A program made the position numbers and the translations under genes. The notes beneath the pieces were generated by a model that was given only the letters and a program-made list of their open reading frames with translations, was not told the DNA's origin and made no database searches. This document shows positions 1 through 9,373 of a stretch of DNA of 43,339 bases, piece after piece. Source of the stretch: a virus; the IMG/VR virus record IMGVR_UViG_3300014202_000331; one strand, written 5' to 3'. Positions within the stretch are counted from its first letter, which is position 1. Every line of letters starts with the position of its first letter.

Positions 1-140
1 ACCTCCGCGGCGCGTACCTCCGCGGCGCGTACCTCCGCGGCGCGGACCTCAGCGGCGCGAACCTCAGCGGCGCGGACCTCATCGACGCGGACCTCATCGA
101 CGCGGACCTCAGCGGCGCGAACCTCAGCGACGCGGACCTC
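1..140 (+). repeat. 15-bp tandem repeat array (pentapeptide units), part at the 5' window edge
   Basis: Strict 15-nt period GCG-[G/A/T]AC-CTC-[AGC/CGC/ATC]-G[G/A]C. Nt 1..44 are identical to 43296..43339. Confidence 0.9.
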
Positions 141-230
141 GGATCTTGGGAGCGTGGGCCCGACGGCTACACCGTGGTCCCGCGCTCAGGCGAGGGGCGT
201 ACCGACGCACTCCGGAGGGCGACGCTGTGA
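3..230 (+). CDS. Pentapeptide-repeat protein, 3' part (5' part is 42617..43339; gene spans the window junction)
   Basis: Frame from nt 3 reads [46 protein letters not shown], then a non-repeat tail [29 protein letters not shown] with stop TGA 228-230. No start codon in the window. The frame is continuous with 42617..43339 when the identical 44-nt window ends are overlapped. Confidence 0.75.
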   Translation, partial: LRGAYLRGAYLRGADLSGANLSGADLIDADLIDADLSGANLSDADLGSWERGPDGYTVVPRSGEGRTDALRRATL

Positions 231-898
231 GCACCGCGCAAACACACTCGGATTCCGTAGGCAAGATCGCGGAAGCGATCGTTGCTGTCCAACGCACCTT
301 GACCACCGTGCTCAAGACCGACCAGGTCAACGCCGGCAAGCTCCACTACAGGTTCGCGCCGCTCCGCGCGATCGTCGATCTGTTGCGCCCGAGGCTCGCG
401 GAGCACGGACTCGCGATCGTGCAGCTCGTGCACGTGCATCCCGAGGGCGGCCCGGTGCTCGTGTCGGAGCTGCTCCACACGTCCGGCGAGTGGGTCCGCG
501 CGGTGCATCCGCTCCTCGGACCGATGCAGACCGCGCAGGCGATGGGCAGCGCCATCACCTACGCCCGGCGCTACTCGCTCTGCGCGCTCCTCGGAGTCGT
601 GACCGACGACGACGACGACGGCGCCGCAGCGTCGGGCTACATGCCCCCGCCGCCTCCACCACCGCCGCCCCCGGCTCCCGTGGCTCTCCAGAGCTACTCC
701 GCCGAAGGGCTCGTCGAAGCCATGTCGCAGACGTCGCCGCCGCTTGCGGCGTGGGTCCAGTCCGCGCGCGAGTGCACGGACCTCGACGCACTCAGGGGGC
801 TCGTAATGTCCGCCCGAGAGACGCTCGGAGCCTCCGAGGTCGAGCACCTGCGCGCCGTTGCCCGCGCGCGCTACGTCGAGATCGTAGGTGACGCATGA
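227..898 (+). CDS. erf: ERF-family single-strand annealing protein (recombinase)
   Basis: Track ORF 146..898. [18 protein letters not shown] matches the ERF-family signature as I recall it. GTG 227 overlaps the upstream stop as GTGA and is preferred over TTG 146. An acidic D-run and about 10 consecutive Pro precede the C-terminal domain. An exonuclease and SSB follow. Confidence 0.85.
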   Translation: MSTAQTHSDSVGKIAEAIVAVQRTLTTVLKTDQVNAGKLHYRFAPLRAIVDLLRPRLAEHGLAIVQLVHVHPEGGPVLVSELLHTSGEWVRAVHPLLGPMQTAQAMGSAITYARRYSLCALLGVVTDDDDDGAAASGYMPPPPPPPPPPAPVALQSYSAEGLVEAMSQTSPPLAAWVQSARECTDLDALRGLVMSARETLGASEVEHLRAVARARYVEIVGDA

Positions 899-2082
899 GA
901 AAGTTGCACCTACTACGACCGTCCAAGGCCGATCTCGCGATGCGGTGCGCGTACCCGTGGAGCGTCACGGCGCCCGCGTGGCCCGGCGACACGAGCAGCG
1001 CAGCGGCCGACCGTGGCTCGCGCATCCACCGAGCGATCGAAGCCCGCGCCAAGGGCACACGAGCGCCCGCCCACGACGACGACGAGGGCGACGCCGCAGC
1101 GCATGCGGCGAGCGCCATCACGGGCCCCGGCTGGCGCCACGAGGTCACGATCGCCTACGACCCGACGACGGACACCGCGCGAGAGATCGACGCCCCCGAG
1201 CTCGCGACCGAAGATGAGATCGTGGGCACCGTCGATGCTCTCCGCGTGGTCGATGGCTGCGTCGAGATCGTCGACTGGAAGACCGGCGCGACGGCCCGGA
1301 GCATCGATCCAGATCGAAGCCAGCAGCTCCGGTGGTACTCCCTCGCGGCGGCCCGGGCGCTCGGCGTCGAGCGCGCTCGGCCTTCGATCGTGGCGCTCTC
1401 GGAGTCGGGGTACGGCACGTGGCACGGGCGCGAGCTCGACGCCTTCGACCTGGACGAGATCCGCGACGAGCTGCGCGACTTGCTCAGGCGGGCTCCGAGC
1501 GCGCTCCCGGTCCTGGGTCGTCACTGCCGGGCGCACTACTGCCCGATCGTGGCATCCTGCCCGGCCGTACTCGCTCAGGCCAAAGCCGTGCTCCGCTCGG
1601 TGTCGACCATGGCGACGCCCACGGCCGAACCCACGACGGATGACGAGGCGCGGGCTACGCGAATCGCAGTCCGCGCGCTCGAGGCAGCGCTCGAGAAGTA
1701 CGACAACGCGGTGAAGCGATACGTCGATCGCAACGGCCCTCTCGACCTGGGAGACGGCACCTCGCTTGCGGCTGTCGAACAGGAGGGGCGCGAGTCGATT
1801 GACGCGGGCATCCCCGGCGCGGTGTCGGCCATCCGAGAGGAGCTTGGCGATCGCGCGGATGAAGCGCTCGAAGTCAAGACGAGCAAGGCCGCCATCGAGC
1901 GCGCGATCCGTGCAAGGTTGCGCGAGTCGGGCGAGATCGAGCGCGGCGCGATCAAGGCCGCCGTCGACAAGATCGACGCGCGCCTCCGGGGTCTCGGCGC
2001 CGTCCGTCAGGGCGCGCCGTATATGAAGTATGAAGAAATCCGGCCGAAGAAGGCCACCAAGAGAGGGCAGGAAGAATCATGA
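895..2082 (+). CDS. PD-(D/E)XK exonuclease, Cas4/RecB-like, with a C-terminal coiled-coil extension
   Basis: 395 aa. VEIVDWKTG (D/E-x-K motif), QQLRWYSLAA (QxxxY), one N-terminal Cys (AMRCAYPW) plus a CRAHYCPIVASC cluster typical of Cas4-type Fe-S nucleases. ATGA overlap with erf; lies between erf and ssb. Confidence 0.7.
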   Translation: MRKLHLLRPSKADLAMRCAYPWSVTAPAWPGDTSSAAADRGSRIHRAIEARAKGTRAPAHDDDEGDAAAHAASAITGPGWRHEVTIAYDPTTDTAREIDAPELATEDEIVGTVDALRVVDGCVEIVDWKTGATARSIDPDRSQQLRWYSLAAARALGVERARPSIVALSESGYGTWHGRELDAFDLDEIRDELRDLLRRAPSALPVLGRHCRAHYCPIVASCPAVLAQAKAVLRSVSTMATPTAEPTTDDEARATRIAVRALEAALEKYDNAVKRYVDRNGPLDLGDGTSLAAVEQEGRESIDAGIPGAVSAIREELGDRADEALEVKTSKAAIERAIRARLRESGEIERGAIKAAVDKIDARLRGLGAVRQGAPYMKYEEIRPKKATKRGQEES

Positions 2083-2501
2083 TCAGCGCAACGATCTACG
2101 GCCGACTCGGAGCCGATCCCGAGGTCACCGTCACCCATGGAGGGACCTCGGTGCTCAAGCTCCGCGTGGCCTGCGACCACGGCTACGGCGACAAGAAAAC
2201 CACGACCTGGGTGCGCGTCGCTTGCTTCGGCAGGCTCGCCGAATCACTCACGGGCAAGCTCGCCAAGGGCAACCGCGTGATCGTCACGGGCGAGCTGTAC
2301 TCTCAGGAGTGGATTGCGAAGGACGGCACCGCCAAGGTCGGCATCGAGCTCGACGCGCGCGACGTGCGCATCATCGACTACGCCGACAGCGGCGCGGGCC
2401 AGCAGCGACCGGCGCAGCCGCAACGATCCGCGCCTCAGCGCGGAGCGCCGCCGCCGCCCCCGCCGTTCGCCGGTGCGCCCGGTGATGACATCCCGTTCTA
2501 A
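2079..2501 (+). CDS. ssb: Single-stranded DNA-binding protein
   Basis: 140 aa. OB-fold N-terminus (TTWVRVACFGRLAE, VIVTGEL), Gly/Pro/Gln-rich linker and the canonical acidic tail DDIPF. ATGA overlap with the upstream gene. Confidence 0.95.
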   Translation: MISATIYGRLGADPEVTVTHGGTSVLKLRVACDHGYGDKKTTTWVRVACFGRLAESLTGKLAKGNRVIVTGELYSQEWIAKDGTAKVGIELDARDVRIIDYADSGAGQQRPAQPQRSAPQRGAPPPPPPFAGAPGDDIPF

Positions 2502-2730
2502 ACACCTCGCTCGACGTGTACGAGCCGCTCTACATGGGCGCTCGCGCACGGTCGCGGCGGTGTGCCTCTCGACGGGCCTCGAGCTGGACCAGGTACGCGC
2601 GGCGCTCTACCGCCTCGCGCACGCCGGTCTAGCCGAGCGCCTACCGTGCGGCCGGTGGAGACAGTGCGGGCGCGTCGCTCGCGTAGGCATGAGAGCGGAG
2701 GAGGAGCGATGGCAGAAGATCACATATTAG
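2485..2730 (+). CDS. Hypothetical small protein (possible winged-helix)
   Basis: Internal ATG of track ORF 2314..2730. Reads MTSRSKHLARRVRAALHGRSRTVAAVCLSTGLELDQVRAALYRLAHAGLAERL. Overlaps the ssb 3' end. Start uncertain. Confidence 0.35.
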   Translation: MTSRSKHLARRVRAALHGRSRTVAAVCLSTGLELDQVRAALYRLAHAGLAERLPCGRWRQCGRVARVGMRAEEERWQKITY

Positions 2731-3008
2731 AGTCAATCATGAGTCTGAGGACCAGGAAGCCCACCACGGCCGGGCCATGGGTACTGCTGAGCGATGGCCG
2801 CAGGGGGAGGTTCTACTACCATGCCCCATGCGATGGCTTTGACCCACCGTTGGCCGCTGTGGTTGGGCCTGCTGGGTGGGCCGTGTTCGACGAGCACGGG
2901 GTTACTGTCTGGGATGGCACCGTCTTGTATGGCACACCTCCAGAGACATTGGATCAGCAGTGGGCGGATATGATTCTGCGAGCGATGAACGTAGGTATGG
3001 CCCCGTAG
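2709..3008 (+). CDS. Hypothetical protein
   Basis: ATG 2709 within track ORF 2562..3008, preceded by GGAGGAGGAG (about 2697..2706). Reads MAEDHILESIMSLRTRKPTTAGPWVLL... GC content visibly lower than the surroundings. Confidence 0.5.
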   Translation: MAEDHILESIMSLRTRKPTTAGPWVLLSDGRRGRFYYHAPCDGFDPPLAAVVGPAGWAVFDEHGVTVWDGTVLYGTPPETLDQQWADMILRAMNVGMAP

Positions 3009-3011
3009 CCG

Positions 3012-3191
3012 ATGGATGACCTGACGCGCTACGTCGACCACCCAGCCATTCCCACGGCGAACCTGGAGAGACTAGCGCGCGCCGTGGGAGCGCTCGTTCC
3101 TCCGAGCTTCGTGAAAGACCCGGTGCGCCGGATGTTGCTAGTCCAACGAATCGTCGCGCGGATGCGACAGGAGAGAGGGAAGAAGAGATGA
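3012..3191 (+). CDS. Hypothetical small protein (59 aa, below the track cutoff)
   Basis: ATG 3012 to TGA 3189-3191. Reads MDDLTRYVDHPAIPTANLERLARAVGALVPPSFVKDPVRRMLLVQRIVARMRQERGKKR. Fills the gap between neighbours; ATGA overlap with the next gene. Confidence 0.4.
   Translation: MDDLTRYVDHPAIPTANLERLARAVGALVPPSFVKDPVRRMLLVQRIVARMRQERGKKR
3134..3147 (+). promoter_or_regulatory. GTTG-N6-CAAC dyad (GTTGCTAGTCCAAC), about 40 nt upstream of the ParB-like/TerL/portal genes
   Basis: Same dyad, with a following GAATC, as the five sites on the minus arm. Lies inside small ORF 3012..3191. Confidence 0.3.
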
Positions 3192-3985
3192 TTAAGTTCA
3201 GAGAAGAGATAGTCACGCCCGAGATGGCTCACCAACTGCTAGCCGTCACGCCGCACGCTCGTCAGATCGTCGCGTCGAGGGTGAAAACCTACGCGGCAGA
3301 CATGGCTCGCGGATGGTGGAGGCTCACGGCCGAGCCCGTCAAGATCGCTGAGGATGGTCTACTCCTGAACGGTCACCACAGGATGCACGCTGTCGTCATG
3401 GCAGGCGTCAAGGTGCGCATGCACTTCGCTTACGGAGTCAGCGCGGATACGAAGATCGTGCAGGACACAGGTCTTGGCGTTCGTGCTCGCGACTGGTCGG
3501 ACAGAAAGAACGTGGGTCACGGGCTCGCGATCATGAACGCGATCCTTCGCGCGACTGGCTACATACATCACACAGCGTCGAAGTTGTGCCTGTTCGCAAT
3601 GTGGGACGAGTTTGGCGACGAGCACTTGCAATTTGCGTCGGCGACCAAGAGCCGATCCGTGAATGCATCGGCCCGGATGGCCCTTGCGCTCGTTCATCGC
3701 GTCGATGTTGCACGCGCCGAACTCATGCTGTCGAGACTGAGCATGGAGGAGTCCGCTCCTACGAAGTCCCCCGAACACACGTGGCTTCGGCTCATGAGCT
3801 CCAGGTATTGGAGCGCGAAGTCTCAGGAGGCCAACAAGCTCGCGCTCAGCATGGCGAGGCTTTGCGCAAGGGGTGAGTGTGTGAGCATCCTCAGGGTTGC
3901 TGACCCTGAGCCAGCGATCCAGCTCTTTGGGCTTGGACCAGTGCTGGCGCTGTGCGGTAAGCCTGCCTCATGTCCCAAGACCTGA
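3188..3985 (+). CDS. ParB/Srx-like nuclease-domain protein (candidate small-terminase-like DNA recognition partner)
   Basis: 265 aa. EDGLLLNGHHRMHAV resembles the ParB N-terminal (D)GxHR motif. Sits immediately upstream of, and overlapping, the large terminase. Lower GC than the genome. Confidence 0.6.
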   Translation: MIKFREEIVTPEMAHQLLAVTPHARQIVASRVKTYAADMARGWWRLTAEPVKIAEDGLLLNGHHRMHAVVMAGVKVRMHFAYGVSADTKIVQDTGLGVRARDWSDRKNVGHGLAIMNAILRATGYIHHTASKLCLFAMWDEFGDEHLQFASATKSRSVNASARMALALVHRVDVARAELMLSRLSMEESAPTKSPEHTWLRLMSSRYWSAKSQEANKLALSMARLCARGECVSILRVADPEPAIQLFGLGPVLALCGKPASCPKT

Positions 3986-5403
3986 TCGATCTAGACCGGC
4001 GCATCGTCGCCAAGGGCGGGCTCTGCTCCTTCATGCGGCTTGCGTGGGACTCGGTTGAGCCAGGCGCGCGCTTCGTGCCTTCGTGGCATCTGCGCGCGCT
4101 GTGCGGCGTCCTGGAGGACGTGACGCACCGTCGGCGTACGCGCGTCGCGATCAACGTTCCCCCGGGCACCGGCAAGAGCCTGACGACGGGCGTGTTCTGG
4201 CCCGCGTGGACGTGGATCCATCAGCCCTGGCACCGATGGATGAACGTGTCGATCGACGAGCTGCTCGTGACGCGCGACGCTCGCAAGCTGCTCGATCTCG
4301 TGTCGTCGCGATGGTTCGTCGACCGCTGGGGACCGGTCGTGAGGTCGCGCAACGTACCCGTGTCGGACTTCCGCACGATCCACGGTGGCGGACGCTTCTC
4401 CACGTCCATCCGGGGCAAGGGAATCGGCCACCACGCGCACACCCAGGTTGGCGACGACTTGGCGAAGGCCAAGGACTTCGACTCGTCGGAGCTGCAACTA
4501 TCCTGGGAGCTGTGGAGCAACACGTTTGCCTCGCGCGGCATCAAGGGACCGAACGGCGAAGACTTCGCGCGCGCGATCATCATGCAGCGCATCGGCGAAG
4601 GCGACCCGTCCGACCGCGCGGTGCAGTCGGGCTACGATCACGTTTGCTGGCCCATGCTCTGTGAGCTCGACCGCCTCGACCCGCTCGACGAGCGCACGAC
4701 CGAAGGCGAGCCCCTGTGGCCCGGTCGCTACTCGGTCGAAGACCTCGAGCTACTGCGCCGCGAGACCATCATCGACGGCGGCTACGATGCGTGGGAGACG
4801 CAGTATCAGCAGCGCCCCAGCGCCCCTGGCGGGCAGATTCTCCGGCCCGAGTGGTTCGACGTCGTCAGCGAAGCCGACGTGCCGAAGCACGGGCAAACGA
4901 TCCAGTCGTGGGATCTGTCGTTCAAGGGCAAGGAGTCGAGCGACTACGTCGCCGGGCAGTGGTGGCGCGCGGCGTGGGTCGGCGACGAGTTGCACTTCTT
5001 TTGCCTCGGCGAGCCGGTGAACCAGCGGGCGACGTTCCTCGAAACGTTGGCGCTCATACGATCGAAGCGCAGCGCGTGGGAGTGCTCGCGCATCGTCGTT
5101 GAAGACAAGGCGAACGGCCCGGCGCTCGAAGACGTGCTGTCGCAGGAGATGCCGGGCTCGATCGAGCTGTACGACCCGAGGCAGGCAAGCAAGAGCGCCC
5201 GCGTTCACTCGGTCTCGGGCAGGTGGGCCTTGGGGCGCGTGCACCTCGTTCGTGGGAGCTACATCGATCGGTGGCGCAAAGACTTCTGCGCGTTCCCCCG
5301 CGTGCGGCGCGATGACGAGGTCGACGCAGCGACGCAGGCCATTCGATACCTGGACGCCGGTACCTCGCTTTTCAGCCGCGCCATGAGTATGATCCGGCGA
5401 TGA
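3970..5403 (+). CDS. terL: Terminase large subunit
   Basis: 477 aa. Walker A VPPGTGKS, QYQQRPSAPGG, IVVEDKANGPAL and DDEVDAATQAIRYL nuclease-domain acidic residues. Followed by the portal gene. Confidence 0.9.
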   Translation: MSQDLIDLDRRIVAKGGLCSFMRLAWDSVEPGARFVPSWHLRALCGVLEDVTHRRRTRVAINVPPGTGKSLTTGVFWPAWTWIHQPWHRWMNVSIDELLVTRDARKLLDLVSSRWFVDRWGPVVRSRNVPVSDFRTIHGGGRFSTSIRGKGIGHHAHTQVGDDLAKAKDFDSSELQLSWELWSNTFASRGIKGPNGEDFARAIIMQRIGEGDPSDRAVQSGYDHVCWPMLCELDRLDPLDERTTEGEPLWPGRYSVEDLELLRRETIIDGGYDAWETQYQQRPSAPGGQILRPEWFDVVSEADVPKHGQTIQSWDLSFKGKESSDYVAGQWWRAAWVGDELHFFCLGEPVNQRATFLETLALIRSKRSAWECSRIVVEDKANGPALEDVLSQEMPGSIELYDPRQASKSARVHSVSGRWALGRVHLVRGSYIDRWRKDFCAFPRVRRDDEVDAATQAIRYLDAGTSLFSRAMSMIRR

Positions 5404-6863
5404 CTCGCGACCCCAAGTTGAGCGCGATCCAGAAGGCGGCGATCTACGTCGACGGCTGGATCAACACCTGGACGAAGCTTGGGACGTCGCTCGATTCGCA
5501 GACGCACACACGGTTCGTGCGCCCGGCGCGCCTGCCTGACGAGGAGCTGTCGTCGCTCTACCACCACGACGACATCGCGCGGATCGTCTGCGAGGTGTAC
5601 CCCTCCGAGGCGCTGCGTCGCGGCTTCGGCGAGCTTCCGCTCGAAGTCGGCGGCGACTTCGAACGCCTCCGCGTGCGCGAGGTTTTCTCCGAGGCTGCCG
5701 CGCTCGGCCGGGCCTTCGGCGGCGCAGCCGTCGTTGTGGGCCTCGAAGGCCAGCCCGCCGAGACGCCGTGGACCACGCCCGGTCGCGTGACGTTCCTTGG
5801 GCTCCACGATCGGCGCTACGTGCACCGCGACTACTCAAGCCGCAACACGAACCCGGAGAGCCCGAACTACGGCAAATCGACGCTGTACCGCGTCCAGAGC
5901 GCGACCGGTGGCACGGATACGATCGTGCACCGCTCGCGCATGATCTTCTTCGGTGGTGCTACGACGGCCGAGCGCGAACGCGAGGAACTGGACGGCTGGG
6001 ATTATTCGGTTTTGCAATCGATCTACCCCTGGATCCGCAGCTACTCGAACGCCCACCTTGCGGCCGGGAGCATGCTCAGCTCGGCCACCGAGGGCATTCT
6101 AAAAATGCGCGGGCTCATCTCGGCCATCGCAGGCGGACGCCGCGAAGACCTGGAGACGCGCGCCACGCTCATGGATCTCGGGCGCTCGGTGGCGAAGACC
6201 GTGATGATCGACGCCGAGGGCGAGGACTACAGCAAAATCAGTACGAGCTTCACCGGTATCCCGGAGATGATCGACCGCTTCGCCTCGCGCCTCTCGGTCG
6301 CCACGGGCATCCCTCAGAGCGTGCTCGCCGGCCACCGCACCGTGGGCCTCGGCGACACGGGCGCCTCCGAGCTGCGCGCCTGGTACGACCGCGTAGAAGC
6401 CTACCGCGCGAACGAGATCGACCCGCGCATCAAGCGCTTCGGCGAGCTGGCCTACGGGCGCCCGCTCGAGCTCGAGTGGCCCAGCCTGTGGCAGCCGACG
6501 GACAACGAGGTCGCCGACCTCCAGGTCAAACGAGCCCAGCGCGACCAGATCTACGTGGCCTCTGAGGTCGTGCTACCGGACGAGGTCGACGTCTCGGACA
6601 TCTACCCGGCGCGCGATCTATCCCTGCGTACGCCGGCCGGCGACCCCGGCGACGAGCCCGAGCCGGTCGAGTCCGACGACGTGCCGACGGTCGATGCCGC
6701 AACGACCCTCGCCGAGCAGATGACCGCGGCCGGTGTCGACCGCTGCGAGCACGGCCGAACGAACCGCTGCCCGCTCTGCGGCGTTGAGCGCGCGCGCGGC
6801 ATCCAGACGGGCGAGGACGGGGCCGTGGGCTTCATCCGCGGGACGTGGCGTGCGCTCGCGTAG
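5400..6863 (+). CDS. Portal protein (DUF1073-like)
   Basis: 487 aa. ATGA-coupled to terL and followed by a MuF-like gene. N-terminal text resembles DUF1073 portals (recalled). C-terminal CEHGRTNRCPLC zinc-ribbon-like motif. Confidence 0.8.
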   Translation: MTRDPKLSAIQKAAIYVDGWINTWTKLGTSLDSQTHTRFVRPARLPDEELSSLYHHDDIARIVCEVYPSEALRRGFGELPLEVGGDFERLRVREVFSEAAALGRAFGGAAVVVGLEGQPAETPWTTPGRVTFLGLHDRRYVHRDYSSRNTNPESPNYGKSTLYRVQSATGGTDTIVHRSRMIFFGGATTAEREREELDGWDYSVLQSIYPWIRSYSNAHLAAGSMLSSATEGILKMRGLISAIAGGRREDLETRATLMDLGRSVAKTVMIDAEGEDYSKISTSFTGIPEMIDRFASRLSVATGIPQSVLAGHRTVGLGDTGASELRAWYDRVEAYRANEIDPRIKRFGELAYGRPLELEWPSLWQPTDNEVADLQVKRAQRDQIYVASEVVLPDEVDVSDIYPARDLSLRTPAGDPGDEPEPVESDDVPTVDAATTLAEQMTAAGVDRCEHGRTNRCPLCGVERARGIQTGEDGAVGFIRGTWRALA

Positions 6864-7566
6864 GCGCGGCCGCGCTCCGCGCCCCCGAGTCAAAGCGATC
6901 GAGGCGTACTACCGGAGCGTGCTCCGGCGCGCCCTCGAAGCGATGCAGGCCGAGATCTTGCGCGCGCTCAAGGTGCGCGACGACGACACCGCAACGAGCC
7001 GCGCGCTCGCACGGATCCGCAAGCTGCGCCTTCTCGTCGATCAACGCGATCTCGAGCGCGTCTACAAGCGCACCGAGAAGCAGGCGAGCATCGCTACCAA
7101 GGGCCTGATCGGCATCGCGCCTGCCATCGGTCCCCGCGCGCTCGCCGCCTTTCGCAGGCAGAACGCCGAGCTGATTCGCACGCTCCAAGGCTCGCAGATC
7201 CAGCGCGCCCAGCGCATCATCCGAGAAGGAGCGAACCTCCGCGTGGAAGAGATCGCGGCATCCCTCCAAGAAGCCTTCGCGATCGAGAGCCGGCACGCCG
7301 AGTTGATCGCGCGCGACCAAGTCTTGACCCTCCACGCTCAGGTCACCCGAGAGCAGCACAAATCGGCCGGCATCGAGCGCTATACGTGGAGCACGTCGAA
7401 CGACGAGCGCGTGAGAGACGACCACGCGGACCTAGACGGGCAGGTCTTCTTCTACGACGACCCCCCGGTGATCGACTCGCGCACGGGTGACCGTGGGCAC
7501 CCTGGCGACGGCATCCAGTGCCGCTGCGTCGCGGTGCCCGTCGTGCCGTGGCTCGACGAGGACTAG
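6850..7566 (+). CDS. Head morphogenesis protein, Mu F / SPP1 gp7 family
   Basis: C-terminal WSTSNDERVRDDHADLDGQVFFYDDPP...GHPGDGIQCRCV is the Mu F signature. GTG 6850 chosen within track ORF 6733..7566 because the portal ends at 6863. Confidence 0.85.
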   Translation: MRSRRRGRAPRPRVKAIEAYYRSVLRRALEAMQAEILRALKVRDDDTATSRALARIRKLRLLVDQRDLERVYKRTEKQASIATKGLIGIAPAIGPRALAAFRRQNAELIRTLQGSQIQRAQRIIREGANLRVEEIAASLQEAFAIESRHAELIARDQVLTLHAQVTREQHKSAGIERYTWSTSNDERVRDDHADLDGQVFFYDDPPVIDSRTGDRGHPGDGIQCRCVAVPVVPWLDED

Positions 7567-8141
7567 GCGGCCACGACGGACGCCAGCAGCCCACCAGGCG
7601 CGTCTTCGTCGTCGTCCCACCCAAGGCCCTGATCGGTGCCGTCGGGCTCGTCTTCGTCGTCCCACGCGAGGAGAAGCGACGTCTCGACGGGCTCGGGGGA
7701 CCAGACGACGAACAGCGCGACACCGCCCGCGACGGCGCGAGGCAAGGCGCGAGGCGTGCGCTCGACCTCGGTGGTGATGTCGATCACGACGGTGGCGGGG
7801 TGGACCTCGGCGAGCTCGTAGACGGCCCCATCCGGGAGCGCGAGCGCGAGCACGTCGATCAGGTCCGGCATTGTGCCGTGGGAGCGGAGCGCCCGGATCT
7901 CGGCCCGCAGCTCGACGCGGTAGGCATCGTCGCTCAGGCCCTCGCGCGGCATGAGCACGAGTCGCCCGAGCTGGTCGAGTTGCGCGCCCACGCCTGCGAG
8001 CGCGCGCTCGGTGCGCACCTGGATCGCGAGCGACTCGAGCTTGTCGATCTCGCGGAGGTAGATCGCGAGCAGCGCGCGTAGCTTGGCCTGATCCTTGTGG
8101 ACGTCGATCAGTCGTTCGAGGCCCTTCTCTACGTGGCTCAC
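7563..8141 (-). CDS. Baseplate/tail protein (DUF2612 or P2 gpI-like)
   Basis: 192 aa. GTGA-coupled downstream of baseplate J. AGVGAQLDQLGRLVLMPREG resembles the DUF2612 core (recalled). Confidence 0.6.
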   Translation of the reverse strand: MSHVEKGLERLIDVHKDQAKLRALLAIYLREIDKLESLAIQVRTERALAGVGAQLDQLGRLVLMPREGLSDDAYRVELRAEIRALRSHGTMPDLIDVLALALPDGAVYELAEVHPATVVIDITTEVERTPRALPRAVAGGVALFVVWSPEPVETSLLLAWDDEDEPDGTDQGLGWDDDEDAPGGLLASVVAA

Positions 8142-9370
8142 GGAACCACCACGAAGACGAGATCGACGTTCACCATCTCGGCGAAGGGCTTCTCGCGCGG
8201 AGCGACCTCACGATCGGAGTACGACCCCGCTGGGATGGTCTCGCCGATGAAGCCCACGAGCATCTCGTCGACCGCGATGACGTTCTGCTGAGCGAGCAGC
8301 GCCGACGAAAGGCGCGTGTGTCGGATGGCTCCGCCCGTGGGCACAGCGCCCGGGGGGATCGCGTTGATCTCGTCGACCAAGATCGCGCGTAGGGCACCCT
8401 TGAAAGCGTCGGTCGTGTTGACTGCGCGCACCGCCACCAGGCACTCGACGCCCGCTTGGCGCAGCGTGGGGCGCGAGAAGGCCACGGCATGCTCGGTCCC
8501 GTTGCGGTCCATCGCGGTGCCGCTCGAGCTACCGAAGGCGCCGATGCCGGCCGCCTTGGCGTCCCAGATCGTTTGCGCGATCACGTCGTCGTCCGCGTCT
8601 TCGTCGAGCCCGTCCCACACGAGGGCCTCGATCGAGTGCGGCGGGATGCCGAGCGAGTCGGTCACGCTCGAATTGTTCTGGAAGACTTGGCACGAGAGCA
8701 CCGGTCGCTCTCCGTCCTGTTCGATCGCTGCGATGCGCGCGGCGATGGCGTCGGCCGGCGAGCTACCCAGGGCGCGTAGCTCTCGCTCTCGGCGGTCGCG
8801 TAGCTCGGCCTCGGTGTCGACGTTCGTCCCGAGCACCGGACCGGTCGGGTTGTCGACCGCGAGCCAGCCGGCCACGGGCGTCGTGATGACGCTGAGCGCG
8901 TTCGGCGCGACGTCGATCGGCCCGGTCTGCGTACACGTCGCGGAGACGAAGTACCACCCCGCGCTCGTGCTCGTGACGGCCTCGGTCGTGATGAAGCGGA
9001 TCGTTGGGGCTCCGAAGACCTCGCACGTGGCGCCGGCAGCGAGCGTCACGCTCGCGTCGAGCTCGACGCGGATCTTGCGCACGCCTGCGAACCGCGAGGG
9101 GGACGCGGCGGCGCGCTGGGTGCCGGTGATGGCGCAGAGCACCTCGAGCGGGTCGCCCTCGGATGCGTCGGGGTCGATCGCGCTGTAGGCCACTGCGATC
9201 GCTTCGTACGCCTCACGAAGGGCGCTTGCGACAATGCCGTTGATCTGGCCCACGGGGCTCTCGGCGTCCACGTCGAGCAGCGGATCGATCTCCGATCGTT
9301 GCTCGTCCACGAATCCTTCGATCAGCTCCTCGACGGTCGGGATCTCCAGTCCGGCGCTCGTGAGTCCCAT
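8138..9370 (-). CDS. Baseplate J-like wedge protein
   Basis: 410 aa. N-terminus GLEIPTVEELIEGFVDEQRSEIDPLLDVDAESPVGQINGIVA is typical of the Baseplate_J/gp47 family. Flanked by W-like and I-like genes. Confidence 0.85.
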   Translation of the reverse strand: MGLTSAGLEIPTVEELIEGFVDEQRSEIDPLLDVDAESPVGQINGIVASALREAYEAIAVAYSAIDPDASEGDPLEVLCAITGTQRAAASPSRFAGVRKIRVELDASVTLAAGATCEVFGAPTIRFITTEAVTSTSAGWYFVSATCTQTGPIDVAPNALSVITTPVAGWLAVDNPTGPVLGTNVDTEAELRDRRERELRALGSSPADAIAARIAAIEQDGERPVLSCQVFQNNSSVTDSLGIPPHSIEALVWDGLDEDADDDVIAQTIWDAKAAGIGAFGSSSGTAMDRNGTEHAVAFSRPTLRQAGVECLVAVRAVNTTDAFKGALRAILVDEINAIPPGAVPTGGAIRHTRLSSALLAQQNVIAVDEMLVGFIGETIPAGSYSDREVAPREKPFAEMVNVDLVFVVVP

Positions 9371-9373
9371 GGC

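Noticed and set aside
1-140. Repeated window ends as attL/attR of an integrated prophage
   Set aside because: Both ends lie inside one continuous reading frame. There is no integrase, no host-like flanking genes and no tRNA. A circular or permuted assembly explains the overlap better.
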